In this document: positions 26,574 to 34,714 of the stretch, piece by piece
Position numbering within the stretch: the stretch's first letter is position 1
How the letters are laid out: every line of letters starts with the position of its first letter
Source: Pseudomonadota bacterium
GTDB taxonomy: Bacteria > Myxococcota_A > Bradymonadia > UBA4248
DNA length: 47,999 bases
Assembly (NCBI GenBank): GCA_017421975.1
Contig: JAFOHE010000049.1
Span: forward strand, 1 to 47,999
Direction: 5' to 3'
The notes under the pieces: model-generated
The model's input: only the letters and a program-made list of their open reading frames with translations
What the model was told of the DNA's origin: nothing
The model's database searches: none
Made by a program: the position numbers and the translations under genes

Positions 26574-27056
26574 TCACGCCTCGGAGGATAAAGACAAAAG
26601 ATGTGTCAAAGCAAGATCAGAGGCTTTGTTCATGATTTCGAGCCTCGAACCACGCAAATGGAGTGCTTGCGAAAAATAGACGCCATGTTTGGTGCTGACG
26701 ATGGCGAGGCAGACAGTGCCAACATCATAACGGGTATTTCCCCCGCCAGGACCTGCAAAACCTGTCGTCGCGATGGCCCAGTCAGTGCCGAATTTTGCCT
26801 GCGCTCCCGTCGCCATGGCGACGGCTGTCGCACAGCTGACGATCGTCTCTTCTCTCACGAGCGCAGGATCGACTGTAAGCATTTCAACTTTGATGCGCGG
26901 GGCATAAGCAACCAATCCACCCACAAGTACTGCGGATGCACCGCTGACGCTTGCGAGCTTTTGTACGATGCTTCCTCCGGTACAACTCTCTGCTGTACTG
27001 AGGGTTTCATGACATCGTGTGAAATGTTCAATGATGGTTTGTGCGCGTTCGCTCAT
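26574..27056 (-). CDS. pncC: CinA C-terminal domain protein / nicotinamide-nucleotide amidohydrolase PncC-like (160 aa)
   Basis: Uses the internal ATG at aa 54 of ORF 26574..27215. ETLSTAESCTGGSIVQKLASVSGASAVLVGGLVAYAPRIKVEML...WAIATTGFAGPGGG is the CinA-C signature. Confidence 0.85.
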   Translation of the reverse strand: MSERAQTIIEHFTRCHETLSTAESCTGGSIVQKLASVSGASAVLVGGLVAYAPRIKVEMLTVDPALVREETIVSCATAVAMATGAQAKFGTDWAIATTGFAGPGGGNTRYDVGTVCLAIVSTKHGVYFSQALHLRGSRLEIMNKASDLALTHLLSLSSEA

Positions 27057-27241
27057 TTCTTTTCCTTTGTTCCTTCTTCGTTCACAAATCAATGACTTTT
27101 GTGTTATGTACGCTTTTGTCGTCAAATGTGCCATGGCATGATAGGGGGAATCCTTCGCCGAAGCCGTCTGATTCCTTTTTTTCGGTCTGTCGGACAAGTA
27201 TTGTTCATTGTTCACAGGCTTTATAAAAGTTTATTTGCGTT

Positions 27242-27634
27242 ATGAATTATAAACTTCCAGAAGATATACCGCTTACTTTTGCCGAAGCGCAAGCACGCGT
27301 GGATCGTTGGATAGCCCAGTTTGAAGAGGGTTATTTTCCTTCCTTTGTTCAACTTGCCAGACTTTCTGAAGAACTCGGCGAACTCGCACGCGCCGTCAGT
27401 TATGCTGAAGGTGCCAAAAAACTCAAGGCAAGTGACAAATTTGAGGAAGTGGCCAATGTCGAAGAAGAATTGGGCGATCTTCTCCTCGTCCTCATTTGTT
27501 TTGCCAACGGGCATCATATTGCGCTCGATCAATTGATGCATAAAACATTGCTAAAAATAGATGCTCGGGACAAAACGCGATGGACGCCTGTCAAAACAGA
27601 AAACAAGGATGACGCGCGTTCTGAGACAACATAG
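27242..27634 (+). CDS. Small MazG-like nucleotide pyrophosphohydrolase (130 aa)
   Basis: Two EExGE/D helices (LSEELGELARAV and EEELGDLLLVLICFAN) typical of the all-alpha NTP-PPase/MazG fold. Confidence 0.78.
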   Translation: MNYKLPEDIPLTFAEAQARVDRWIAQFEEGYFPSFVQLARLSEELGELARAVSYAEGAKKLKASDKFEEVANVEEELGDLLLVLICFANGHHIALDQLMHKTLLKIDARDKTRWTPVKTENKDDARSETT

Positions 27635-27760
27635 ATACCTCGCAGGCTTTTGGGTAACTTGTCGTCGGCGAAAAGATATGTCATGTAGACCATGACGATT
27701 GCTTACGAGACGCGTTGCATAAAAGGTTTGAGGATAAAACAACATTATTGAAGGATCTTT

Positions 27761-28735
27761 ATGGCCAAAATAAAAAAAATGAAGAAAGCCGTTTTTGCGC
27801 TTCCCAGTCTCGTGACCCTGAGTTCTGTTTTCTGTGCATTTCTTTCGATGGCATGGAGTTTCCAGGCGCAGGCGCAGTCCGGACAAGAGCGGCTTGATAC
27901 GATGATGTATGCGGCGTTAGCCATTATTGGAAGTATCGTTTTTGATACTTTTGATGGCAAGGTAGCCCGAGCAACGCATACTTCAACGCGGTTTGGTATG
28001 GAACTCGATAGCCTTGCGGATGCTGTGAGTTTTGGCGTAGCCCCCGCGATCCTCGTCTTTGGTTTTGCACTTACGAATGCCGGATGGTTTGGCATTATTG
28101 CGGCTTTTGTTTTTGCAGCCGGTGCTATTCTTCGTTTGGCGCGATTTAATGTTGAAGCACCGCCAGAAGGTGTTCAGACGTTTTTTAAGGGCATCCCCGC
28201 ACCAGGTGGTGCCGCCTGTATGGCTGCAATTGTCATGGGAGCTATCAATAGTCCTAGATATCTCGAACATGGGTTCACGAACCTCACGCCTTTCGAGATG
28301 AATACGATTGGTTGTATCGCGATCGCTGTTGGCCTTCTCATGGTTTCTACGGTCAAATACAAGACGATGAAAGGCAAAAAAACGGTGGGGGATTACATCT
28401 TTGTCGGCGTTGGTCTGAGTTTGTTTGCAGCACTCTGCTTTATTTTGGATCCAGCGACGGCCTTTTTCTTCCTCGTCGTGTATTATGTGACGTACGGTTT
28501 GTTATATACCGTTGTTTGGAATTTGAAGCACATGAAGCCGCATCGCCGCCGCCGACGACGCAATTCAGCGAGCATGACCGATATGCCTGCAGTTGCTTCT
28601 ACACCTGCGATAGAGGCTGTCGGACAAGATAAACAGGCCACGAACGAAAGCCTTGACAATGCCGTTGACAAATCGGCGACACAGCCTGTCGAAGAGACAA
28701 AATCGGGTGAAGAAAAAACAATTTCTCACGCTTAA
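27761..28735 (+). CDS. pssA: CDP-diacylglycerol--serine O-phosphatidyltransferase with extended basic/polar C-terminal tail (324 aa)
   Basis: CDP-alcohol phosphatidyltransferase motif DTFDGKVARATHTSTRFGMELDSLADAVSFGVAPA (D-x2-DG-x2-AR...G-x3-D-x3-D). Multiple TM helices. An extra ~75-aa tail begins HMKPHRRRRRRNSAS. Confidence 0.85.
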   Translation: MAKIKKMKKAVFALPSLVTLSSVFCAFLSMAWSFQAQAQSGQERLDTMMYAALAIIGSIVFDTFDGKVARATHTSTRFGMELDSLADAVSFGVAPAILVFGFALTNAGWFGIIAAFVFAAGAILRLARFNVEAPPEGVQTFFKGIPAPGGAACMAAIVMGAINSPRYLEHGFTNLTPFEMNTIGCIAIAVGLLMVSTVKYKTMKGKKTVGDYIFVGVGLSLFAALCFILDPATAFFFLVVYYVTYGLLYTVVWNLKHMKPHRRRRRRNSASMTDMPAVASTPAIEAVGQDKQATNESLDNAVDKSATQPVEETKSGEEKTISHA

Positions 28736-29893
28736 TTACTCGAAGCCCGGCAAAAATCCCGTCGTTTTTTCGGGCGGTTTTTTCGGGCTCCGTTTTCCTG
28801 TTTTCTTTTGATGTGTGTTTTCCGAAACACGAGCGCGCGCTTCGGCATCCGATGGGGTGTACACAGCGTCTGCAATGGGTGGGGTTTCAGGGACGGCAGA
28901 CGGTTGGACTTCGGGTGCTGAGACTTCCTTGGCTTGATACTTTCGGGCACGCATCTTACGCACGTCATCGGCTTGTGTATCAGGTACCCAGACAGATGGG
29001 GTGAGTTGTGCCGTCGTCATTGGCGAAGTCAATGAAGAAGGCTGCATGGCTGGAGCCGTTTCATGGGCTTCATCGACGTGGTCGTTTTGCGTTGCATCTG
29101 CCAATGGGGATGCGTCGTCCGTAAGACGGTCAAAGAGCGAAGATTGGGGGGGATTGACCCAGTTGAGACTCAGGATTCTCGAAAGGCGAAAACGGCGGTT
29201 TTCTTTGCGCGTGTGACAGTAGGCAATCAGGTATTTTTCGGCATTGATTTCGATGGGCGTGATGCGCCGCGTCGAAAATTCACCGCGCGTTCCTGTGTAG
29301 TAACTCATGTCCAGATCGAGTTTTTCGTCGATAGCACGCTTTAGGACGGCAATGTGATCCTGAAGACCTTTGTCTTCATCACGCGTCGAATCGGGGGTGT
29401 GTACAGCCCAGGAATCATTCATGGCACCGGCAAACCAATTGAGAAGGTCGTATGCCTCGATTTCAAGGCGCACGGCGTCGTGGGCACCGAAGGTTTTGAG
29501 AATTTGATCTCTGAACTGAAGAAGTGCCGTTTCTGAGATTGTCGTCGAGGCAAAACGCGTGAGATGGCTTGTTAGAATGACGGCCATGGCAACCGCGGCA
29601 CGCGTCTCTGTGTCATTGATCGTCAGAGGCACATTGGGGGAAATCAGCGGACGGTTAGCACCGTGGAATTCTCGCGGTTTCTGTTCCGATAAATAGGTTG
29701 CCAGTTTTCCGCTAAGAAGCGGCGGTGCAAGATGACGGGCATCCGTAATGGGTTCATCTGTCCGATCGAGCGTCGGAAGGGATGATATAGCCGAATCAGG
29801 GGGTTCTGGGGTCTTTTTTTCGTCGGCACGATCCTTGAGCCAGCGTTCAAACTGCGTTTCCTTGTGATCTGACATTGCTCCATCCTCTCTCAT
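28736..29893 (-). CDS. WYL-domain protein with long low-complexity tails (385 aa; 379 aa if it starts at ATG 29875)
   Basis: Central block LDMSYYTGTRGEFSTRRITPIEINAEKYLIAYCHTRKENRRFRLSRILSL matches the WYL domain pattern (R-x-I-x-P ... YL-x-A-x-C ... R-x-FR-x-SRI). I recognise no N-terminal HTH. The C-terminus is P/S/T/A-rich. Confidence 0.7.
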   Translation of the reverse strand: MREDGAMSDHKETQFERWLKDRADEKKTPEPPDSAISSLPTLDRTDEPITDARHLAPPLLSGKLATYLSEQKPREFHGANRPLISPNVPLTINDTETRAAVAMAVILTSHLTRFASTTISETALLQFRDQILKTFGAHDAVRLEIEAYDLLNWFAGAMNDSWAVHTPDSTRDEDKGLQDHIAVLKRAIDEKLDLDMSYYTGTRGEFSTRRITPIEINAEKYLIAYCHTRKENRRFRLSRILSLNWVNPPQSSLFDRLTDDASPLADATQNDHVDEAHETAPAMQPSSLTSPMTTAQLTPSVWVPDTQADDVRKMRARKYQAKEVSAPEVQPSAVPETPPIADAVYTPSDAEARARVSENTHQKKTGKRSPKKPPEKTTGFLPGFE

Positions 29894-29945
29894 AGCGGTT
29901 TGGCAGCATCATGTTGTGCCTGGGGTCCGGGGCGAAGCCCGCGGC

Positions 29946-30052
29946 GAGGGGGGCGCGCCGTATTTCCATGTGTTGTCAAAACGTGTGTTTGCTAAAAGAC
30001 CGCGTCAGCGAAGCACTCGGAAATAGGCGCGTGGGGGGACACTTCCCCCCTC
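29946..30052 (-). repeat. Composite structured element E2 (G6/C6 hairpin plus TAT/ATA-C core with 51-nt loop plus distal C-run)
   Basis: The minus strand reads GAGGGGGG-AAGTGT-CCCCCC-A-CGCGCC-TAT-TTCC...GGAA-ATA-C-GGCGCG-CCCCCCTC. The distal CCCCCCTC can pair with the 5' GAGGGGGG. The flanks are homologous to E1 at 32116-32225. Confidence 0.65.
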
Positions 30053-30074
30053 AAAAAAATGTCCCTGCGCGGGA

Positions 30075-31955
30075 TCAGTTGATTTTGTCTCCCAAGATGT
30101 AAAGCTCATCGATGCGCCAGGTCGCGTTTGTATCGGAATTGCCGTAATTATAAAGATTGAGCGTGACGTCGGTGTTCTGGGCACTGTCGAGGACAAAGGA
30201 CCAGGGTTCCCAGGAGCGATCCGTGTGTTTCATCGAATAATTGTCGGCGGTGGCCGAAAGCGTGCCTGCTGTATAGGTTGCGGCAACCATGCCGCTGTTT
30301 GAGCCGCTCGCCGCCATGTACATTTGGACGCGGATGTTCTCAAAGCCGTTCGTGTTGAATTTGACGACGAAATGTTTTTGCGTGAGCGGTGAGGCGAGGC
30401 TCGTATCGGGGCTCCAGCCGTCGGCCGAGATGGCGACGGTAGGAAAACCGGTGACGCCTGTGAGAAGTTTGAGTTCGGTCTTGCCGTTTGTGCCTGCTGT
30501 CGCCGTCAGTACGGCTGAAGCGGCGTTTGCGCCCTCTTCAGCTTTTGCGGATGCGACGGTGTCGTTCTTTTCACCCAGGGATTCGAATGTCCAGTGAGCA
30601 ATGACATCGCCGACGATTTCGGTGGCATTGACGACCCACTGGCGGTACTTTTCTTCAGTGACAAAGCCTTCTTCGCCAGGATAACCCATTTGAATGGGGC
30701 AGTTGTAGAAGCCGCCGCTGCCCTGTTTGGCGTTAATCTGGAAGGCGCAGTCGTATGTGCCGGGGCCCCAGCCCGTAGGATTGAGCCAGGCGTTCATCAG
30801 GACAGTCGAGGGATCGCCGTCGTCATCGTCAGTGACGGCAAAATTCGGATACGACGCTTTGAAGCTCCAAAGGTAAGTCTGAAGTTCAGCATGACCGCAG
30901 ACGAGGCGCCCGTAAAGGTCGGATTCATCGACGCGTTCCGGATCGACGACGATGTTGAGCTTGCCTTGAAGCCAGGTCTCGTTGGATGTTGGATCGACGT
31001 ACGTCGTCATTTCGGCGAATTCACACATCTCAATGCCGTCGCGGGGCTGGTCGGCAATTACGCATGTGCCCTTGCTATAACCTTTACAGTCTCTGGAGCA
31101 GCCGGGTTCACCGCCGGAAACGTAAGAAAGCCCCTGTTTGGAGATATCGGCGTAATCGTAGCACGTCGGGAAAGTCGAATGGATGGGTTTGCCATCTTTG
31201 CCTGTATCACAAAGCTCGCTCGATTGGCGGATGCCGTCGCCGCACGTCGTGATGACGCAGTTTTCAGTCGTGATTTCGGAACAGTCGTCGCTGCACGTGA
31301 GCGTGCCTTCGTAATTGAAAGTATGATCGAGGGATTCGATATTATTGCATGTGTAGGCACCGAAGTCGTGGTAGTCGCAGACGTCGTCACCGTCGATTCT
31401 TCGGTTCCCGCAGAGCGTCGGTTTGGAAGCATCCTGACAGATGCCGTTGGAACACGTCGGCCTCGCGGATGGACAGGGGTCGGGTATGCGCTTGCCCTGG
31501 ACGCAGATCAGGCGGACAGTGGCATCATTTTCGTCGCAGATGACGGGATCGTCGTCATTGCACGTCGTTGCCTGACCACATGCATCGCCTGTGCACGTGG
31601 ATGGCACACATTGACCGGCCTGGCACAGACCGTCATCGGGACACGCTTCTTCGGTGATGATGCCATCTTTGCATACAGATTGAGCGTGTGGATCGGTGCC
31701 ACAAGTAACATTGTAGGTGGCCTCGTCGCATATCAGACGCGTATCAACACATTGTGTATCGTTGACGCAAATGCGGTCATTGGTGCAGGTTTCCGTATGG
31801 CTTGTTCCGTTGATGCAAGTTGTCAGGACGCCGTCCTTACAGAACGTTGCCGTACCTTTTTCAGGACAGTTGGTATTGTCCGAATCGTCTTCGCGAGAGC
31901 AGCCAAAGAGGCTGGAAGAAAGGATGATACAGAAAACCAGAGCTCGAATTTTCAT
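30075..31955 (-). CDS. Secreted Cys-rich protein, probable lipoprotein, with non-Cys C-terminal beta-rich domain (626 aa)
   Basis: Start at MKIRALVFCIILSSSLFGC (signal peptide plus lipobox-like LFGC). The N-terminal ~290 aa are densely Cys-rich (C-x-DG/NG-x-C patterns). The C-terminal ~330 aa have few Cys and end WRIDELYILGDKIN. A T7 run with a small hairpin follows the stop on the minus strand (~30053-30074). Confidence 0.8.
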   Translation of the reverse strand: MKIRALVFCIILSSSLFGCSREDDSDNTNCPEKGTATFCKDGVLTTCINGTSHTETCTNDRICVNDTQCVDTRLICDEATYNVTCGTDPHAQSVCKDGIITEEACPDDGLCQAGQCVPSTCTGDACGQATTCNDDDPVICDENDATVRLICVQGKRIPDPCPSARPTCSNGICQDASKPTLCGNRRIDGDDVCDYHDFGAYTCNNIESLDHTFNYEGTLTCSDDCSEITTENCVITTCGDGIRQSSELCDTGKDGKPIHSTFPTCYDYADISKQGLSYVSGGEPGCSRDCKGYSKGTCVIADQPRDGIEMCEFAEMTTYVDPTSNETWLQGKLNIVVDPERVDESDLYGRLVCGHAELQTYLWSFKASYPNFAVTDDDDGDPSTVLMNAWLNPTGWGPGTYDCAFQINAKQGSGGFYNCPIQMGYPGEEGFVTEEKYRQWVVNATEIVGDVIAHWTFESLGEKNDTVASAKAEEGANAASAVLTATAGTNGKTELKLLTGVTGFPTVAISADGWSPDTSLASPLTQKHFVVKFNTNGFENIRVQMYMAASGSNSGMVAATYTAGTLSATADNYSMKHTDRSWEPWSFVLDSAQNTDVTLNLYNYGNSDTNATWRIDELYILGDKIN

Positions 31956-32056
31956 TTTGAGACCTCGCAAATATCATTATATATGAATGATGGTGCTGTA
32001 TGTGTGACCACTCGGTGGCATCGCAGAGAGAGGGTTCATACAAAACAAGCGCAAGA

Positions 32057-32070
32057 AAAATGCGCATTTT
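32057..32070. promoter_or_regulatory. 14-bp perfect palindrome AAAATGCGCATTTT, candidate operator
   Basis: Perfect dyad about 100 bp upstream of the start of the 626-aa lipoprotein gene (minus strand). A near-identical site lies at 32538-32551. Confidence 0.35.
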
Positions 32071-32115
32071 GAACGACGTATGACATTGACAGAAAAGCGC
32101 ACTTCCGTTTGGGAT

Positions 32116-32225
32116 GAGGGGGGAAGCCTCCCCCTGCGCGGCTATATTTAATGTGGCCTGAAGGATCGAAAGCCATACAGTACATTTATATCCATGCCAC
32201 ATTAAATATACGCCGCTACCCCCTC
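32116..32225 (+). repeat. Composite structured element E1 (G6/C5 hairpin plus TAT/ATA-C core with 12-bp inner stem plus distal C-run)
   Basis: GAGGGGGG-AAGCCT-CCCCC-T-GCGCGGC-TAT-ATTTAATGTGGC...38 nt...GCCACATTAAAT-ATA-C-GCCGC-TA-CCCCCTC. The flanks are homologous to E2. Confidence 0.65.
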
Positions 32226-32250
32226 GTTCTTCAGAGTGTGTGCGCAAAAA

Positions 32251-32466
32251 CTAGGGATCTTCGCACGTATTTGTTTTGCAAACCTGGTTTGCGGAACATT
32301 CCCAGTGAGCGATTTCACCATGTGTACAGATTTCGACGGTTGTCTCGTTGAGACAGGAACGTTCGAAGGTAGATTCATCGCAAGTGTAGTCGTCTCCGGA
32401 ACATGCGGACATGAGGCATACGGCGATGAGGTATGTGGAAGGTATGAGATATTTCAGGCAATTCAT
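32251..32466 (-). CDS. Small Cys-rich lipoprotein-like protein (71 aa)
   Basis: MNCLKYLIPSTYLIAVCLMSAC gives a signal peptide plus lipobox-like LMSAC. The mature part has 6 further Cys in the same style as the large Cys-rich proteins. A short ORF, so only moderately supported. Confidence 0.5.
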   Translation of the reverse strand: MNCLKYLIPSTYLIAVCLMSACSGDDYTCDESTFERSCLNETTVEICTHGEIAHWECSANQVCKTNTCEDP

Positions 32467-32537
32467 GACAATGCTCCAAACAGAAAAGTGTCAGCCAACG
32501 CATAGACAAATACAAAACATGATTCTGAATTACAAAC

Positions 32538-32551
32538 AAAAATGCGCATTT
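32538..32551. promoter_or_regulatory. Second copy of the AAAAATGCGCATTT dyad, candidate operator
   Basis: AAAAATGCGCATTT (palindromic core AAATGCGCATTT) about 75 bp upstream of the start of the 71-aa gene. A half-site, TGCGCATTT, is at ~32661-32669. Confidence 0.3.
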
Positions 32552-33028
32552 GAGGCGGATTTTCGGGACAACAAGGCAAAAAGTGGCGGTAAAGTGAGAT
32601 GCGTTACGGGGCGTGATTGCATAATTTGTAAGTGTTTAATGTTGAGAACTGATGCCATGTTGCGCATTTGATTATGTTGGTGAAGGATAGCCGCATGGGC
32701 TGAGAAAAGTACAGTTATGGTGGTGATGGGGAGTGCAATTGAAAAGCGAGGCAGTTTTAATACAGCCGTAAGCCTGGCAAATGACTACAAAAGGCTGTAC
32801 TGCAAAAGGTTGTACGGAGAGGGAAAGCATGCGATTAAAAAATGAAATGAGACATCAAGCCGTGTATGGGGTGAATTTAGCAGAAAAGTTACATATTTTT
32901 ATGGTGTTAAGAATAAAATAGTTGCAAAAGAAAAAAAGTAAGGTTAGAAAATGCAAAGCAAAAAAGAAAGCGTCGATGACAAGAATAGGTGTTGTGGATG
33001 CTTATTAACACACATTATGGAGGAAACA

Positions 33029-33598
33029 ATGGCGAAATCATTGAGTCTTAAAGAAGAAATTGCGCGTCTTCGTGCGAGAAAATCCGTGGAAGATAGAGTG
33101 TACGAAGCACTTGATCAGTTTGATGAAGTAGAACTTGAAGCCGTAAAAAAAGTGGTTCTTGATTTATTTCAGATTAAGACACCAGCGGCGGCAGTGGTAG
33201 AAGAAGCACCGAAAAAAGAGTTCAAATTTGCGCCGGCAGCACCAGCGGATACACCGAAAGTAAAAACGCGTGGTCGCAAACCAGGTTCAAAGAATAAGGT
33301 TAAAGCTGTTGCAGCAGAACCTGTCGTAGAAAAGAAATCATCTGGTCGCGGCCGCAAAGGCAAATATTCCACAATTCATGAAGATAAAGTTCGTGATGCC
33401 GTCATTGATATCCTTAAAGCCCATGATGGTTCGCTTTCTCAGAAAGAAATTCGCGAATATCTTTGCCAGGGTGCCTATGCCGAGCATCGTGAAAACAAGG
33501 CTTTCCAGTCCCGTATTAGCAGTCTCCTCGGTCGTTGGTGTGATGAGGGTATTCTCTCCAAACCCGAACGTGGCATCTATGAATTGAAACAACGTTAA
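33029..33598 (+). CDS. Putative DNA-binding protein: coiled N-terminus, AT-hook-like basic motifs, C-terminal winged-helix (HARE-HTH-like) domain (189 aa)
   Basis: ATG at 33029 is preceded by GGAGG. Basic motifs are KTRGRKPGSKNK and SGRGRKGK. The C-terminal block VRDAVIDILKAHDGSLSQKEIREYL...LGRWCDEGILSKPERGIYEL resembles HARE-HTH / linker-histone-like winged helices. The fold assignment is by eye. Confidence 0.65.
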   Translation: MAKSLSLKEEIARLRARKSVEDRVYEALDQFDEVELEAVKKVVLDLFQIKTPAAAVVEEAPKKEFKFAPAAPADTPKVKTRGRKPGSKNKVKAVAAEPVVEKKSSGRGRKGKYSTIHEDKVRDAVIDILKAHDGSLSQKEIREYLCQGAYAEHRENKAFQSRISSLLGRWCDEGILSKPERGIYELKQR

Positions 33599-33681
33599 TC
33601 CGATTTTTACATCTGTTATCCAAATCTGATGGCAGATGTAAAGAATCATTAAAATCGTATCCAACAATAAAGGAGAGAAAC

Positions 33682-34515
33682 ATGGGACAAATTTATGATG
33701 CCGCCAATGCAGTGGCACAGCACATTCGTGAAAAATGTGACCGAAAAGTAGAGCTCTGCGTTGTTCTCGGATCGGGACTTGGGGCTTTTGTGGATGCGCT
33801 CGAGGATAAAGTTGTGATTCCTTATTCCGACATCGAAGGCTTCCCTGTTTCAAGTGTCAAAGGACATGCTGGTAACCTCGTCTTTGGTCGCCTTGATGGA
33901 AAAGATCTCGTCGTCATGCAGGGACGTATCCATTATTATGAATGTGGTGATCTTAAACGCGTGACATTTCCTGTGCGTATTCTTTATTGTCTCGGATGCC
34001 GTCGCTTGATTGTAACAAACGCTGCCGGTGCTGTGAATGAAGCTTTCAATGCTGGCGATTTGATGCTTATCACAGATCATATTAATTTCATGCAGGCTTC
34101 GAGTGCGCTCGTCGGCCCAAATGAAGATGAATTTGGCCCCCGCTTCCCTGATATGTGTGAAGCTTATAATAAAGAAATGACGGATATTCTTCGACAAACA
34201 GCCCGCGCTTTGAATATTCCTTTGCAGGAAGGCGTTTATGCTGCTTTCCATGGTCCGGAATATGAGACGCCCGCTGAAGTGCGAATGGCTCAGAAATTGG
34301 GTGCTGATGCTGTCGGTATGTCCACAGTTCCAGAAGTCCTCGTCGCGAATCACATGGGTATGAAAGTCGCTGGTGTTTCTTGCCTCACCAATAAAGGTGC
34401 TGGTTTGTCTGCTACGAAATTAAATCATGAAGAAGTCATGGAGTGCGGACGAAAAGTTGCCAAAAACTTTATCAGTCTCCTCTCGGAAGGTGTTCGTAGA
34501 ATCCTTACCCTTTGA
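33682..34515 (+). CDS. punA: Purine nucleoside phosphorylase (trimeric PNP-I family, 277 aa)
   Basis: GSGLG...FPVSSVKGHAGNLVFGRLDGKDLVVMQGRIHYYE...GPRFPDM...GPEYETPAEVRM...GADAVGMSTVPE are the canonical PNP motifs. Confidence 0.93.
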   Translation: MGQIYDAANAVAQHIREKCDRKVELCVVLGSGLGAFVDALEDKVVIPYSDIEGFPVSSVKGHAGNLVFGRLDGKDLVVMQGRIHYYECGDLKRVTFPVRILYCLGCRRLIVTNAAGAVNEAFNAGDLMLITDHINFMQASSALVGPNEDEFGPRFPDMCEAYNKEMTDILRQTARALNIPLQEGVYAAFHGPEYETPAEVRMAQKLGADAVGMSTVPEVLVANHMGMKVAGVSCLTNKGAGLSATKLNHEEVMECGRKVAKNFISLLSEGVRRILTL

Positions 34516-34534
34516 TTTCGTTTCATGTACTTTT

Positions 34535-34562
34535 AGCCATCCTGCGGGATGGCTTTTTTTTT
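34535..34562 (+). terminator. Rho-independent terminator after the PNP gene
   Basis: AGCCATCC-TGCG-GGATGGCT followed by T8. Confidence 0.85.
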
Positions 34563-34714
34563 ACTATGATCAGTATTATGATGATGCTGGTTGTAAGTGT
34601 ATGTAAGTAAAATACCGTGTTTTATGGTTCTGGTGCAATGACATAGCGCTCTTTTTTGTTTTTTCGTTCGTTTTTGTAGTTTCATTCAGGCAAAAACAAT
34701 ATAGAAATAGATGA

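Noticed and set aside
30594-32072. 492-aa ORF on the plus strand
   Set aside because: It is antisense to the 626-aa Cys-rich lipoprotein gene, which has a signal peptide, a lipobox-like Cys and a regular Cys pattern. The plus-strand product is A/V/G/R-rich low complexity with no start context. It is a shadow ORF.
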